The translations under genes and the position numbers were made by a program. 64,000 nucleotides of DNA from Thermoplasmata archaeon (GTDB lineage: Archaea > Thermoplasmatota > Thermoplasmata > UBA10834). Under the pieces are notes generated by a model. The model saw only the letters and a list, made by a program, of their open reading frames with translations, was not told the DNA's origin and did not search any database. Positions 40,405 to 51,357 of this stretch are shown here, piece by piece. The stretch spans positions 17 through 64,016 of the forward strand of contig JALOTQ010000001.1 in NCBI GenBank assembly GCA_025457815.1, in the 5' to 3' direction. Numbering within the stretch: the stretch's first letter is position 1; the number at the start of each line of letters is the position of its first letter.

Positions 40405-41964
40405 ATGGATTATTTCGAAGAGCTGGTGCAAGCGATCGTCGTGGGCGAGGTATCCACCAGGGAGGACCTCCTGAGGCTGAAGTCGAAGCTCTGCAAGAAG
40501 CACGGGCTCTCCCGGGTGCCCGCCAACTACGAGGTGCTTGAGCGCGTCCCGGAGGAGTACAGGGAGGTCGTCGAACCCATACTTAGGAACAAGCCGGTCA
40601 GGACCATGAGCGGCGTGGCCCCGGTCGCTGTGATGACGAGCCCATTCGAGTGTCCTCACGGCCGTTGCAGCTACTGTCCAGGCGGCGTGGCCAACAACAC
40701 TCCCCAATCGTACACGGGCCGCGAGCCAGCGGCTCTCAGGGCGTCGATGTACGAGTACGATCCATACAGGCAGGCCAAGAGCAGGCTCGAGCAGTTGAGA
40801 GCGATCGGCCATCATACGGACAAAGTGGATCTCATAATCATGGGCGGCACATTCACTTCGAGGCCCGTCGAGTATCAGGACTGGTTCGTCAAACGTTGTT
40901 TCGACGGCCTGAACGGCTCGGAGTCCCCGGACCTCGAGTCGGCGCAGATCGCGAATGAGACCGCGGACTCGAGGTGCGTCGGGCTAACTGTGGAGACTCG
41001 CCCCGACTGGTTCGGGCGCGAACAGGTGCAGCACTCGATGACCCTCGGAGCCACCAAGGTGGAGCTGGGCGTGCAGATACTCGACGACGCAATCCTGGAC
41101 GGAGTGAGGCGCGGGCACCACGTCAAAGAAGTGGCAGAGGCGACGAAGAGGGCGAAGGACGCAGGCCTGAAGGTCGCGTATCACATGATGCCGGGCCTAC
41201 CAGGGAGTTCGAAGTCGAGAGACCTCGAGGCCTTCAGGACTATGGTAGAGGACGAGCGCTTCAGGCCGGACATGCTCAAGATATACCCGACCCTGGTCGT
41301 CAAAGGGACGGAACTCTACCAGCAGTGGACTGACGGTTCGTATGCTCCGATGAGCCTTGAGGACACCGTGGACATGCTCGCAGAAGTGAAGAAGATGATA
41401 CCGCCCTGGATTAGGATCCTCAGGATCCAGAGGGATATCCCCGTCCAGCTCATCGAAGCAGGCGTGAGGAAGAGCCATCTCCGCGAACTTGTCAAGGAGG
41501 AGCTTCGGCGGAGAGGTGATTCCTGCAGATGCATTCGCTGCAGGGAGGTCGGGCGTACACATACGCGAGGGAAACCCGCGAAGGCGTCGGAGGCGACGCT
41601 AAACGAGATCGAGTACAGGGCCTCGGATGGGACTGAGAAGTTCATCTCATACGACATCCCGTCATCGGACTCCGTTATCGGGTACGCGCGCATGCGCATC
41701 CCAGGAGGCTCGAGCCCAGAGGCCGCCCTGGTCAGGGAGCTCCACGTGTACGGCGAGATGGTCCCGATAAGCGGCGAAGCAGGCACGAGGTGGCAGCACA
41801 AGGGATTCGGAGAGAAGCTCCTCCGTGAATGTGAGGAGGCCGCGGCGGGACGCGGTGTTCCTGAGCTTTGGGTCACCAGCGGAGTGGGGGCAAGGAACTA
41901 CTACAGGCGGCTTGGGTACGAGCGAAAGGGCGCATACATGGCCAAACGCGTGCGCGCCCATTGA
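40405..41964 (+). CDS. elp3: Elp3 tRNA U34 carboxymethyltransferase (radical SAM plus GNAT)
   Basis: RTMSGVAPVAVM, CPHGRCSYCP, QSYTG.EPA, GGTF, ETRPD, RELHVYG, QHKGFG. Confidence 0.95.
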   Translation: MDYFEELVQAIVVGEVSTREDLLRLKSKLCKKHGLSRVPANYEVLERVPEEYREVVEPILRNKPVRTMSGVAPVAVMTSPFECPHGRCSYCPGGVANNTPQSYTGREPAALRASMYEYDPYRQAKSRLEQLRAIGHHTDKVDLIIMGGTFTSRPVEYQDWFVKRCFDGLNGSESPDLESAQIANETADSRCVGLTVETRPDWFGREQVQHSMTLGATKVELGVQILDDAILDGVRRGHHVKEVAEATKRAKDAGLKVAYHMMPGLPGSSKSRDLEAFRTMVEDERFRPDMLKIYPTLVVKGTELYQQWTDGSYAPMSLEDTVDMLAEVKKMIPPWIRILRIQRDIPVQLIEAGVRKSHLRELVKEELRRRGDSCRCIRCREVGRTHTRGKPAKASEATLNEIEYRASDGTEKFISYDIPSSDSVIGYARMRIPGGSSPEAALVRELHVYGEMVPISGEAGTRWQHKGFGEKLLRECEEAAAGRGVPELWVTSGVGARNYYRRLGYERKGAYMAKRVRAH

Positions 41965-42024
41965 CTGCCAGCGCTATCATTATATTGGCTCATTAGCATC
42001 GGAGAAGCCTGGGGGAGAATTTGC

Positions 42025-43902
42025 ATGCCCTGCATTAAGTGCGGCGCGAAAACCGAGGAGGAGGCGCTCCTGTGCGACGGATGCGCTGATGCTTGCCTCC
42101 AAGATCCCAAGTTCTTCCTAGACCCGGTCCTGGTCGGGCAGAGCGTGTTCACGCGGCTTCGAGGCAGCGGGTCGGCGGCCTACATCCTGGGACCGAACAC
42201 GCGGGCGAGCATGGTCAACATCCCGTCGTCCGACCTTATGAAGACCGTCAAGGACGTGAACGTCCAGGCGCTACTGCACGACGACCTCGGGCCGTTCTAC
42301 GAGAAGTGCGTCACGCTCCTGGCGCACTATGGTGTACCACTCAGGGTTGACAGCCCGAAGCTACTTCTCACCAAGGACGCCGCAGATGCGGCCACCCTCA
42401 TCATCCAGAAGACGAACGCAACTGAGAAGATGTACCCTCTCGAGGGCATGAGTGACCTCTACATACGTCTGGGGGTCGTCTATTGGTGCGCTTCGCAGGG
42501 CATACTGATGCGCACAACGTCCAAGACGTGGCGTGAAGCGCGGAGCGCCTATCTCGTCTCCAAGGCGAAAGAGCTCCTGTCGAAGGTCCAGCCGGGGGAC
42601 GACCTTCGTTCGATCGCGGCTAGGACACTGGGCCTCATCTGCCTCGATGCGGAGGAATGGACGGAGGCCGAGGAGCACCTGTCGGAAGCGCTCCTGCAGT
42701 TCCCGGACGATCTTATCATAGGCGAAGGCCTCGCCAAGTCTCATCTCATGCTCGGAAACCCGATGGAGGCCCTCTCCAGGGTGGACGAGGTAATCAACCA
42801 GGGTGAGAGGCCCGAGCTCTGGGTCCTCAAGGGCAGGATACTGCGCGACCTGGACAGGAACAGGGAGGCCTTGGAGTGCTTCAGCAGGGCGATATCCATC
42901 GACTCGCACTACATGCCTGCCCATGACATCATGATAATGACGCTCCGCGATGTCGGCCGGCTCGAAGAGGCAGCGCTGGCGGAGAGCCAACGTTCTCTGG
43001 CGCGAAGGCCGGACCTGGACAAGAAGGTCACTGACCTGATCGCGGAGTTCAAGAAACCCTCACCAGAGGCGCCCCCTCCACCGCCCGTAGCGGCCGGTGC
43101 GAAGAAGGAACCCCCAAAGCCTGCCCCGGAACCTCCGTCAAGGAGGGACCCATTAGAGCACGCCCGCGAGGCCCTCGCACAGAAGGACTACGACACCGCC
43201 ATACAGCGCGCGAGCCACCTGCTCAGGGAGAAGCCCGAGATGAGGGACGCGATCCTGCTGGTGATCGAGGCCCAGGTCGCGAAGGGCGACGTCAAGGAGG
43301 CCGGAGAGAATGTCCATTCATTCTATGAGAAGAACAAGGATGACCCGATGGCTTGGTACTGGCGCGGGACAGTTGCCAACAAGGAGGGCAGGTGGGGCGC
43401 GTCGGTCCAGTACTTCAGCAAGGCGGTGACTCTCGACCCGAGGCTGCTTGATGCGTGGAACTCGATGGGGGAGATACTCCTCGCCAACGGCAAGACGACG
43501 GGGGCGGACGAGAGCTTCAACAAGGCCCTCGAGATAGACCCCGAAGACTCTCGCGCATGGCTCGGGAAGGCGAAGACCATGAAGGCCTTGGGCAGATGGG
43601 GTGCCGCCATACAGTCGTTCGACAAGTACAACGCCCTGGTCCCTGGAGACGTCGAGGTCTGGAAGCTGAAGGCGGATCTGCTGTTCGAGAAGGAGAAGCA
43701 CAGCCGTGCGATCGAGGCATACGACAAATACCTGGAACTCAAGGGGGCGGATTCAGACGCCCTCTGCCGGAAAGGCGTCTCGCTGAATGCCCTCGGAATG
43801 GTCGCGGAGGCCAAGAAGGCCTTCGTGGAGAGCTTCAGGATAGACCCCAACAACAAGGAGGCCGCCAAGTGGTTGAAGGCTCTCACAGGGGGTGAGTCGT
43901 GA
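42025..43902 (+). CDS. TPR-repeat protein with N-terminal Zn ribbon
   Basis: CIKC..CDGC; many W..KG...A...F..A TPR motifs; Pro-rich linker. Confidence 0.88.
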   Translation: MPCIKCGAKTEEEALLCDGCADACLQDPKFFLDPVLVGQSVFTRLRGSGSAAYILGPNTRASMVNIPSSDLMKTVKDVNVQALLHDDLGPFYEKCVTLLAHYGVPLRVDSPKLLLTKDAADAATLIIQKTNATEKMYPLEGMSDLYIRLGVVYWCASQGILMRTTSKTWREARSAYLVSKAKELLSKVQPGDDLRSIAARTLGLICLDAEEWTEAEEHLSEALLQFPDDLIIGEGLAKSHLMLGNPMEALSRVDEVINQGERPELWVLKGRILRDLDRNREALECFSRAISIDSHYMPAHDIMIMTLRDVGRLEEAALAESQRSLARRPDLDKKVTDLIAEFKKPSPEAPPPPPVAAGAKKEPPKPAPEPPSRRDPLEHAREALAQKDYDTAIQRASHLLREKPEMRDAILLVIEAQVAKGDVKEAGENVHSFYEKNKDDPMAWYWRGTVANKEGRWGASVQYFSKAVTLDPRLLDAWNSMGEILLANGKTTGADESFNKALEIDPEDSRAWLGKAKTMKALGRWGAAIQSFDKYNALVPGDVEVWKLKADLLFEKEKHSRAIEAYDKYLELKGADSDALCRKGVSLNALGMVAEAKKAFVESFRIDPNNKEAAKWLKALTGGES

Positions 43903-46511
43903 TGGTCGAGCTGGAGAAGATCCTGAGCGAGCGCTCGGACGAGCGAGTCCTCAAGGCCGTGAGGGAGATCTCCGAGACCGAGTTCAACAAGCTCGTCGAG
44001 TCCGTCCTGGGCTATCTCGAGCTCAAGATCACCAAGAGCAGGCCCAAGGGGTCTTTCATGATCGCTGAGTGCGTCCACAGGCCCGACGGGAAGAAGTACG
44101 TGGTGTTCTTCTCGAGGCGCCCTGAGACCATCATGAAGGTGGACATCGAGAGCCTCATCTCGTACATGGCCCGCGCGGAGTCGCCTAACGGGCTGGTGCT
44201 CACCACGGGCCCGATAGATCGTGAGGGAGCGGTGCTCGCGGAGAAGAACGATGTCGGGCTCGCAGACGGGGCGAAACTCGCAGCCCTGCTCCGGAGATTC
44301 GACCTCGACAAGGAGGTCGTCAAGGCAGCGGAGGCGTGGAAGGAACGGGCGAAGGTGGTGTCCGTTCCCGGAGCCGACAAGCGGCTCGAAGAGGCCATGA
44401 AGCTCGGGTACGAGGCGCTTGCGGCCCGCGATTTCATGAAGGCCTTGGACCAGTTCGACCAGTCCATCATGCTGAAGGAGGATTACGACGTCCCCTGGAG
44501 GCTGAAGGGCAACACCCTCGACGAGATGGGCTATCATGAGCAGGCCCTCGAGTGCTACAAGCACGCCCTCGAGCTGCACCCCGAGAGCGACGAGACCTGG
44601 TTCAGCCTGGGAAGCTGCCTCTTCTCTCTTGGGAGGTACAGCGAGGAGATAGTCTGCTATGACCGAGCGCTCCAATACAACCCGAACATGCAGAAGGCGC
44701 TCGTGAACAAGGGCTCGACGCTGCACAGGCTGGGCAGGTTCAAGGAAGCCCTCGAGACATATGACAGGGTACTCAAGATCAACTACCGGCTTGAGAAGGT
44801 GCACAACAACCGCGGCGCGACACTGCACAGTCTTGGGCAGATGAACGAGGCGCTCGCGGCATACAACCGAGCCATCGAGCTCAAGCATGACTATGTCGAG
44901 GCCTGGATGAACAAGGGAGGCCTTCTGTACGAACTCGGCAGGTACGGTGAGGCATTCGAGGCGTTCGGCCAGATAACCCACCTGAGGCCTGAGCTGCCGA
45001 AGGGATGGTACTTGCGCGGGTTGGCGGCGAAGAAGACCGGCAACACGAGCGCAGCGAAGGCGAGTTTCGAGGCTGCTCTCAGGCTCGACCCTGACTACAC
45101 CGAAGCCAGGCGCGCCCTGGACGACATATCGCGGAAGATCCAGGAGAAGTTCACCGAGGTCCCACGCATTGTCCAAGACATCTTCGCGTCGGAGGCCGCG
45201 AAGGCCCCAGAGGCGCCTCCACCCGAAGCCCCGAAAGTGGCCGAGGACGTCGTCGCTCGCGTGCGCGAGGAAGGCGTCGAGCAGCTGGCAGAGGAACTCT
45301 ACGGGGACAGGGCTGAGATACTGATGCTCTTCGGGAGGTTCGACGAGGCATTCGACTTCCTCGGGAAGTCCTTGAGGCTCGAGGGCGAGAACGCCGCCCT
45401 GCTTACGAGAGCTGGCAATGTTCTCTACGAGCAGGGGAAGCTCGAGGCGGCAGCGAGGACCTACGAGCACGCCCTCGTCAGCGACCCTTCGTGCGAATCC
45501 GCGATGTTCAACCTTCACACGACCTTGCTCTCTTTCAACGAGATGGAGCGGGCGACAAAGGTGAGCGGCCTGCTCAGAGGATCTTCGTTCGGATGGGCCG
45601 CGCTGGCGTCCGCATCCATGGAGGCTTTCGGACGAGGTGATTTCAAGCAGGCGCTCGACGACGTCGAGCGCGCGATAGCCACGGAGGACATCGCAGTTCT
45701 TGAGGACTACAAGGGTCTGATCAAGCTCGCCGCCGGGGACCTCGACGGGGCTGCGGAGACGTTCCAGAGGATGAAGGACATGCCTCTCGACCCGTCCGAG
45801 GCGCACAACAACCTCGGCGCCGTGTACCTTAAGAAGGGCGAGCTGGAGCTCATGAAGGACACAGATACGGACATGTTCGAGAAGGCCAGCTTCGAAATAG
45901 ACAAAGCCATCAAGCACGAGCGCACGAACCCTGCCGCCTGGAACAACCGAGGGTGCGTCCTGTACAAACTGGACAGGTGCCGCGAAGCGATAGCATGTTT
46001 CGACGAGTCGCTCCTGCTCCTGAAGAGCACCACCGCCCTGTCCAATCGGGGCTTCAGCCAGCTGTCGTTGGACCTTCTGCAGGAATCTCTTGACAGCTTC
46101 CAGGGATCACTCAGGATAGAGGAGACCGCAGAGGCGTTCAACAACAAGGGTATCGTGCTCGAGCGCATGGACAGGCACGAGGACGCGATGGTCGCGTTCA
46201 GGGAGTCCATCAAGATCGCCCCGACGTTCAAGGATGCGGCCGACAACCTGCGTCGTGTGGGCGCAAGGTCGGGCTCTAAGGCCGACTCGGGTGAAGGCAA
46301 GGGCCGGGACGTGCCCCCTCCGGGTGAGGAGGTCATCGTCGACAGAGCCACCGCGACGAAGATCCTGGCCCAGGTGGATGAGGCATACCTGAGGGAGAAG
46401 AGGAAGGCTGAGCTCGAGGCCATGTGCGAGACCCTCGGTTTGGACCCGAAGGGTACTCGGGCCGATCTCATAGTGAGGATTCTGAAGGCGAAGCGGCAGC
46501 TCACCAAATGA
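43899..46511 (+). CDS. TPR-repeat protein with N-terminal degenerate Mrr-like domain and C-terminal SAP-like motif
   Basis: EFNKLV...GLVLTTG...GLADGAKLAALL Mrr-like pattern; many TPRs; LREKRKAELEAMCETLGLDPKGTRADLIVRIL. Confidence 0.85.
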   Translation: MMVELEKILSERSDERVLKAVREISETEFNKLVESVLGYLELKITKSRPKGSFMIAECVHRPDGKKYVVFFSRRPETIMKVDIESLISYMARAESPNGLVLTTGPIDREGAVLAEKNDVGLADGAKLAALLRRFDLDKEVVKAAEAWKERAKVVSVPGADKRLEEAMKLGYEALAARDFMKALDQFDQSIMLKEDYDVPWRLKGNTLDEMGYHEQALECYKHALELHPESDETWFSLGSCLFSLGRYSEEIVCYDRALQYNPNMQKALVNKGSTLHRLGRFKEALETYDRVLKINYRLEKVHNNRGATLHSLGQMNEALAAYNRAIELKHDYVEAWMNKGGLLYELGRYGEAFEAFGQITHLRPELPKGWYLRGLAAKKTGNTSAAKASFEAALRLDPDYTEARRALDDISRKIQEKFTEVPRIVQDIFASEAAKAPEAPPPEAPKVAEDVVARVREEGVEQLAEELYGDRAEILMLFGRFDEAFDFLGKSLRLEGENAALLTRAGNVLYEQGKLEAAARTYEHALVSDPSCESAMFNLHTTLLSFNEMERATKVSGLLRGSSFGWAALASASMEAFGRGDFKQALDDVERAIATEDIAVLEDYKGLIKLAAGDLDGAAETFQRMKDMPLDPSEAHNNLGAVYLKKGELELMKDTDTDMFEKASFEIDKAIKHERTNPAAWNNRGCVLYKLDRCREAIACFDESLLLLKSTTALSNRGFSQLSLDLLQESLDSFQGSLRIEETAEAFNNKGIVLERMDRHEDAMVAFRESIKIAPTFKDAADNLRRVGARSGSKADSGEGKGRDVPPPGEEVIVDRATATKILAQVDEAYLREKRKAELEAMCETLGLDPKGTRADLIVRILKAKRQLTK

Positions 46512-46568
46512 TGGCCTTGCAGCGGCTTCGCTAAGCAACAGAGATATCGCCCCGATACGCTCGCGCGC

Positions 46569-46814
46569 TCAGGCGATGTTCATCACGACGACGTCTCGGA
46601 CCGCCTTCATCTCGCTGAAAGGCAGTATGAGCCTGCCCTGCGGGTCCGTCTTGAACAGCCGCGGCTCGACGTCCTCAGCCGGGATCACCAGAACGTTCTG
46701 TAGTGCTCCCGTCTTCGTGTCCAGCAAGAAGTTCTCTATCATTCCGAGTATCTGGCCATCGTTTGTCATCACAGTTTTTCCCTTCAGCTCGGTGATGAAT
46801 TTGCGCATGTACAT
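46569..46814 (-). CDS. PRC-barrel protein (CdpB2-like)
   Basis: ELKGKTVMTNDGQILG..D.KTG.L, LPFS.MKAVRDVVV. Confidence 0.85.
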   Translation of the reverse strand: MYMRKFITELKGKTVMTNDGQILGMIENFLLDTKTGALQNVLVIPAEDVEPRLFKTDPQGRLILPFSEMKAVRDVVVMNIA

Positions 46815-46825
46815 CCCATCTCCAG

Positions 46826-49048
46826 CTATCTGTAATAGCCTAGCCCCAAATCCTCTTTGCTCTTCTTAGACATTGCGGTCGTCATCTGCTTGAACAGGGA
46901 TTCGTAGAATTTCATGGTCTCGGAATCCGTCGACGCCCTCACCGCGGCCAGTGCCTCTTCGAAATTCTCCATTGAGACCTTCGTGGCGGTCTTGTTCTTT
47001 CTCATTGCGGTCAGGGCTGCCTCCCTGCAGAGGTTCTCGATGTCCGCGCCGACATATCCGTCGATCCTCTTTGCCAGTGCTGGCAGGTCCACCTTGTCCA
47101 GAGGCATGGTCTTCGTGTGAACCTCCAGGATCTTCAGCCGCGCAGCCTCGTTGGGGACCGGCATCAGCATGAGCTTGTCGAATCGGCCAGGACGCAGCAG
47201 CGCGGGGTCGACGATGTCCGGCCTGTTTGTGGCAGCTATGACGAAGACATTCTCCATATCTTCTAGGCCGTCCATGGAGGTTAGCAGCTGGTTGACGACC
47301 CTCTCGGTCGCGCCTGAATCGAAGTGGCTGCCTCTCCTGGGCGCTATCGCATCGATCTCATCGAGGAACACGATCGAGGGGGAGACCTGCTTCGCCTTCT
47401 TGAATATCATCCTGATGGCCTTCTCGCTCTCACCGACCCATTTGGACATTATCTCGGGACCCTTGATCGATATGAAGTTGGCCTTCGACTCGGTCGCGAG
47501 CGCGCGCGCGATGAGAGTCTTTCCGGTGCCAGGCGCCCCGAACAGAAGCACGCCCTTCGGAGGTCTTATTCCCATTCTGGTGAATGAATCGGGATCCTCC
47601 AGGGGCATCTCGACCGCCTCGTGAAGCTCCTTCTTGATATTCTCGAGGCCGCCGACCTCGGACCATGTCACCCGAGGTACCTCCACGAAGACCTCCCTCA
47701 TTGCGCTCGGCTCGATCTCCTTGAGGGCGTCGGCGAAGTCCTGCGCGGTGACCTTCATCTTCTCGAGCACCTCGGCGGGGATGGGTTTCCCGAGATCTAT
47801 CTCAGGCAGATACCTCCGCAGGGATTTCATCGCGGCTTCCCTTGCCAGGGACGCCAGGTCTGCCCCGACAAAGCCGTGAGTGATCTTCGCTATGTGCTCG
47901 AGCTGGACGTTCTCCTCGAGAGGCATGCCTCTGGTGTGGATCTGGAGAATTTCCTGCCTACCTGCCACAGTGGGGACCCCTATCTCGATTTCCCGGTCGA
48001 ACCTTCCTGGTCTGCGCAGGGCGGGGTCGATGGCATCCTCCCTGTTCGTCGCGGCGATGACAATGACATTCCCCCTCGCGGTCATGCCGTCCATGAGCGT
48101 CAGGAGCTGGGCGACCACTCTCCTCTCGACCTCTCCGTGGACCTCGTCCCTTCTCGGGGCTATCGAGTCGACCTCGTCTATGAATATCACGGACGGAGCG
48201 TTCTTCTCCGCCTCGGTGAAGATACCCCTCAGCCTCTCCTCGCTCTGGCCGTAGAACTTGGACATTATCTCGGGACCTTGGATCGCATGGAAGTTGGCCC
48301 CCGCCTCGTTGGCGACGGCCCGGGCGATGAGGGTTTTGCCGGTGCCGGGCGGACCGTAGAGCAACACTCCCTTCGGCGGGTCTATTCCGAGCCTGGCAAA
48401 GACCTCAGGGTGCTTCAGAGGCAGCTCGATCATCTCTCGGATCCTCTGCAGCTCTCCCTCGAGTCCTCCGATGTCTTCGTACGTCACGGAAGGGCGCTCT
48501 ATCTGCGTTACCTCGACGGGTTCGGTCTTCACCGACAGCTCAGTGCTCTCGGTCACCTGCACGATTCCGCTCGGGGAAGTCGCGACGACCACGAAAGGAA
48601 GGAAACCACCCATCAGGGCGATGTTCGGGATGATTATCTCGTCACCTTTGACCACCGCGCGGTTCAGCAGCCCCTTCTTGAAAAGCCCCTCGACCCCGGC
48701 GCCGAACTTGACGCGCTTACCTTGGGGGATCTTAGGCGCTACGGTGATCTTCTGCGCGATCTGCGCCGCAGCCTTACTGACCACCACCTTCTCACCAATC
48801 GATATTCCCGCATTCTGCCGGATCATGCCGTCTATGCGGATGATCCCCATTCCCTCGTCCTCATGGGCAGCTCTGAAGATCTTCGCGGCGGTTTTCTTCT
48901 TCCCGGAGATCTCTATGATCTCCCCGACCTCGGCTCCGAGGGTTTTTCGAGTGGCAGTGTCAATCCTGGCCCTCCCCAGACCGACCTCGGACTGGTGGTG
49001 TGCCCGCGCGACCCTCAGCGTCAGGCCCTCTGGCTGCTTCTTGGTCAT
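46826..49048 (-). CDS. cdc48: CDC48/VAT family double AAA+ ATPase
   Basis: N-domain; GPPGTGKT and GAPGTGKT; IDE/LDE; ALRRPGRFD and ALLRPGRFD. Confidence 0.96.
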   Translation of the reverse strand: MTKKQPEGLTLRVARAHHQSEVGLGRARIDTATRKTLGAEVGEIIEISGKKKTAAKIFRAAHEDEGMGIIRIDGMIRQNAGISIGEKVVVSKAAAQIAQKITVAPKIPQGKRVKFGAGVEGLFKKGLLNRAVVKGDEIIIPNIALMGGFLPFVVVATSPSGIVQVTESTELSVKTEPVEVTQIERPSVTYEDIGGLEGELQRIREMIELPLKHPEVFARLGIDPPKGVLLYGPPGTGKTLIARAVANEAGANFHAIQGPEIMSKFYGQSEERLRGIFTEAEKNAPSVIFIDEVDSIAPRRDEVHGEVERRVVAQLLTLMDGMTARGNVIVIAATNREDAIDPALRRPGRFDREIEIGVPTVAGRQEILQIHTRGMPLEENVQLEHIAKITHGFVGADLASLAREAAMKSLRRYLPEIDLGKPIPAEVLEKMKVTAQDFADALKEIEPSAMREVFVEVPRVTWSEVGGLENIKKELHEAVEMPLEDPDSFTRMGIRPPKGVLLFGAPGTGKTLIARALATESKANFISIKGPEIMSKWVGESEKAIRMIFKKAKQVSPSIVFLDEIDAIAPRRGSHFDSGATERVVNQLLTSMDGLEDMENVFVIAATNRPDIVDPALLRPGRFDKLMLMPVPNEAARLKILEVHTKTMPLDKVDLPALAKRIDGYVGADIENLCREAALTAMRKNKTATKVSMENFEEALAAVRASTDSETMKFYESLFKQMTTAMSKKSKEDLGLGYYR

Positions 49049-49285
49049 CTCGAGCTTAATCCTCTGCCATCTGCAAAAAGGTTTGGGCGGTGCATTTCAG
49101 ACGTAAGAAAGGCACCGATTTCGGCACGCGGATAGTGCCCGCCTGCCGACGCTCGATAATCGCCTCGATTCGGCCCTCATATTTCGTTGAGTTGGACATA
49201 TCTGGCTAGAGCCCCTGACCTATATAGGTTGCATAGTAAGACTTAAGGTCAGCCTTCTCATACAAAAGGCCAACGAGGCCTATCT

Positions 49286-50170
49286 ATGTTTGAGGTACGA
49301 TTCCATGGCCGCGGCGGTCAAGGCGCGGTCATGGCGGCGCAAGCACTCGCGAGCGCGGCCTTCCAGGAAGGGGGTTATGCGACTGCATTCCCCTTTTTCG
49401 GAGCCGAGAGGCGTGGAGCGCCCGTGCTCGCGTTCACCAGGATTGACAAGAAGCGGATCTATAGGAAAACGCAGGTCTACGAACCTGACATCGTCGTGGT
49501 TCTTGACGAGGGCCTTATCGAAGGCGTGAACGTCGTCGAGGGCCTGAAGAAGGGCGGCATGGTCATAGTCAACACCACGAAGAAGCCCGAGCAGGTGGAT
49601 GTCGGGATCGATGTGAAGTTGGCGACCGTTGATGCCACGGGTGTCGCTTTGGAGGTGCTGAAGCAGCCTGCGACGAACTCGGCCATTCTGGGCGCGTTCG
49701 CGAAGGCCACGGGACTTGTCACGATCGAGTCGATTGAGAAGGGCATCATGCAGATTTTCGGGGACAGGCTTGGCCCCAAGATTGGCGAGCTCAACGGCAA
49801 GGCCGCCCGCGTCGCGTACGACCGGACAGTGGTCGGAGAATCTCACGGTCACAGACAGCTCAAGACCGCCAAGAAGTGGCTTCCTGATGTCAAGGACCTG
49901 CCCCTCGGGGTCGCGGGCATACCCATGACCACGGATGCAGGACTGGTGGGACCAGGCTCGTTCAAGGAGAACAAGACTGGCAGCTGGAAGGTCTTCAGGC
50001 CGGAATACGACAAGGACAAGTGCACCATGTGCAACTTCTGCTGGTTCTACTGTCCCGAGGGATGCATCTACAGGAAGGAGGACAGGATGGACTTTGACAT
50101 GGAATACTGCAAGGGCTGCGGGATATGCGCCAACGAGTGCCCCGTCGAAGCCATCAAGATGGTGAGGTGA
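49286..50170 (+). CDS. Pyruvate/2-oxoacid:ferredoxin oxidoreductase gamma-delta fusion
   Basis: [16 protein letters not shown]; then [31 protein letters not shown]. Confidence 0.92.
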   Translation: MFEVRFHGRGGQGAVMAAQALASAAFQEGGYATAFPFFGAERRGAPVLAFTRIDKKRIYRKTQVYEPDIVVVLDEGLIEGVNVVEGLKKGGMVIVNTTKKPEQVDVGIDVKLATVDATGVALEVLKQPATNSAILGAFAKATGLVTIESIEKGIMQIFGDRLGPKIGELNGKAARVAYDRTVVGESHGHRQLKTAKKWLPDVKDLPLGVAGIPMTTDAGLVGPGSFKENKTGSWKVFRPEYDKDKCTMCNFCWFYCPEGCIYRKEDRMDFDMEYCKGCGICANECPVEAIKMVR

Positions 50171-50175
50171 GAGGA

Positions 50176-51357
50176 ATGGCGAAGAAGGTCGTTACCGGGA
50201 ACTATGCGGCGGCTTACGGAGCCATGAGGGCAAGGGTCAAGACGGTCGCGGCGTACCCGATCACCCCGCAGACGTTCATCGTGGAGCACATCTCCGAGTT
50301 CATCAACAACGGCGAACTCGACTGCGCCTACATGGAGGTCGAGAGCGAGCACTCCGCGATGAGCGCGTGCGTCTCGGCCAGCGCAGCTGGCGTGAGGACG
50401 TTCACGGCAACATCATCCCAGGGTCTGGCGCTCATGCACGAGATACTGCCGATCGCCTCCGGGCTGAGGCTGCCGGTGGTCATGGCGGTCGTGAACAGGG
50501 CGATCGCGGCGCCGATCAACATCTGGGTCGAGCACAACGACATAATGCCGGAGCGCGACTCTGGCTGGATACAGGTCTTCTGCGACAACAACCAAGAGGT
50601 CCACGACATGGTCCTACAGGCTTTCAGGATCGCCGAGGACAAGCGGGTCGCCCTTCCTATGTCGGTCAACCTGGACGCTTTCATTCTCTCCCACACGGTC
50701 GAGCCAGTCGACCTGTCGGAGATCGAAGAGGCGGACAGGTTCGTGCCGAAGTACGTTCCTCCGAGCCCGACTCTCGACACCGCCAATCCGAAGGCGGTCG
50801 GGGTGTTCGTCCCGCCCGAGTACATGATGGAGGCGAGGTGGAACATGGACAAGGCCATGCGGGAGGTCCCGAAGGTCGCCGAAGAGGTCAACTCGGCGTT
50901 CGCCAAGCAGTTCGGCAGGAACTGGGGCGGCATGATCGACCCGTACATGGTCGACGACGCGGAGGTCGTCCTCGTGACGCTAGGCACCGCGAGCTCCACT
51001 GCGCATGAGGTCGTGGACGAGCTCAGGGCCGCCGGCAAGAAGGTCGGCCTTGTCAAGCTGAGGTTCTGGAGGCCCTACCCGACCGAGCAGATCCGGAAGA
51101 TCGTGAGCAAGGTGAAGGCGGTCGGCGTCTTCGACAGGGCCGTTTCCTACGGCGTCGGCGGGCCGTCCTACATCGAGCTCAGGAACGCCGCCTACGGGCT
51201 CAATGTCCCGGTGATGGATTTCATCGGAGGCCTGGGCGGGAAGGACGTGTCCTCGGCGGATGTCAGGTTCATCTACGAGCGCCTGCTGGAGACCGCCAAG
51301 ACTGGCAAGGTCAGGAAGGACATCACATGGATCAATACCAGGGGGGTTGAGCAATGA
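50176..51357 (+). CDS. porA: Pyruvate/2-oxoacid:ferredoxin oxidoreductase alpha subunit
   Basis: AYPITPQT, ESEHSA, TSSQGL, NRA, GLGGKD. Confidence 0.92.
   Translation: MAKKVVTGNYAAAYGAMRARVKTVAAYPITPQTFIVEHISEFINNGELDCAYMEVESEHSAMSACVSASAAGVRTFTATSSQGLALMHEILPIASGLRLPVVMAVVNRAIAAPINIWVEHNDIMPERDSGWIQVFCDNNQEVHDMVLQAFRIAEDKRVALPMSVNLDAFILSHTVEPVDLSEIEEADRFVPKYVPPSPTLDTANPKAVGVFVPPEYMMEARWNMDKAMREVPKVAEEVNSAFAKQFGRNWGGMIDPYMVDDAEVVLVTLGTASSTAHEVVDELRAAGKKVGLVKLRFWRPYPTEQIRKIVSKVKAVGVFDRAVSYGVGGPSYIELRNAAYGLNVPVMDFIGGLGGKDVSSADVRFIYERLLETAKTGKVRKDITWINTRGVEQ

Noticed and set aside
43323-45917. 864-aa minus-strand ORF
   Set aside because: Antisense shadow of the TPR genes, expected from high-GC codon bias; no recognisable motifs
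47621-49135. 504-aa plus-strand ORF
   Set aside because: Antisense shadow of cdc48
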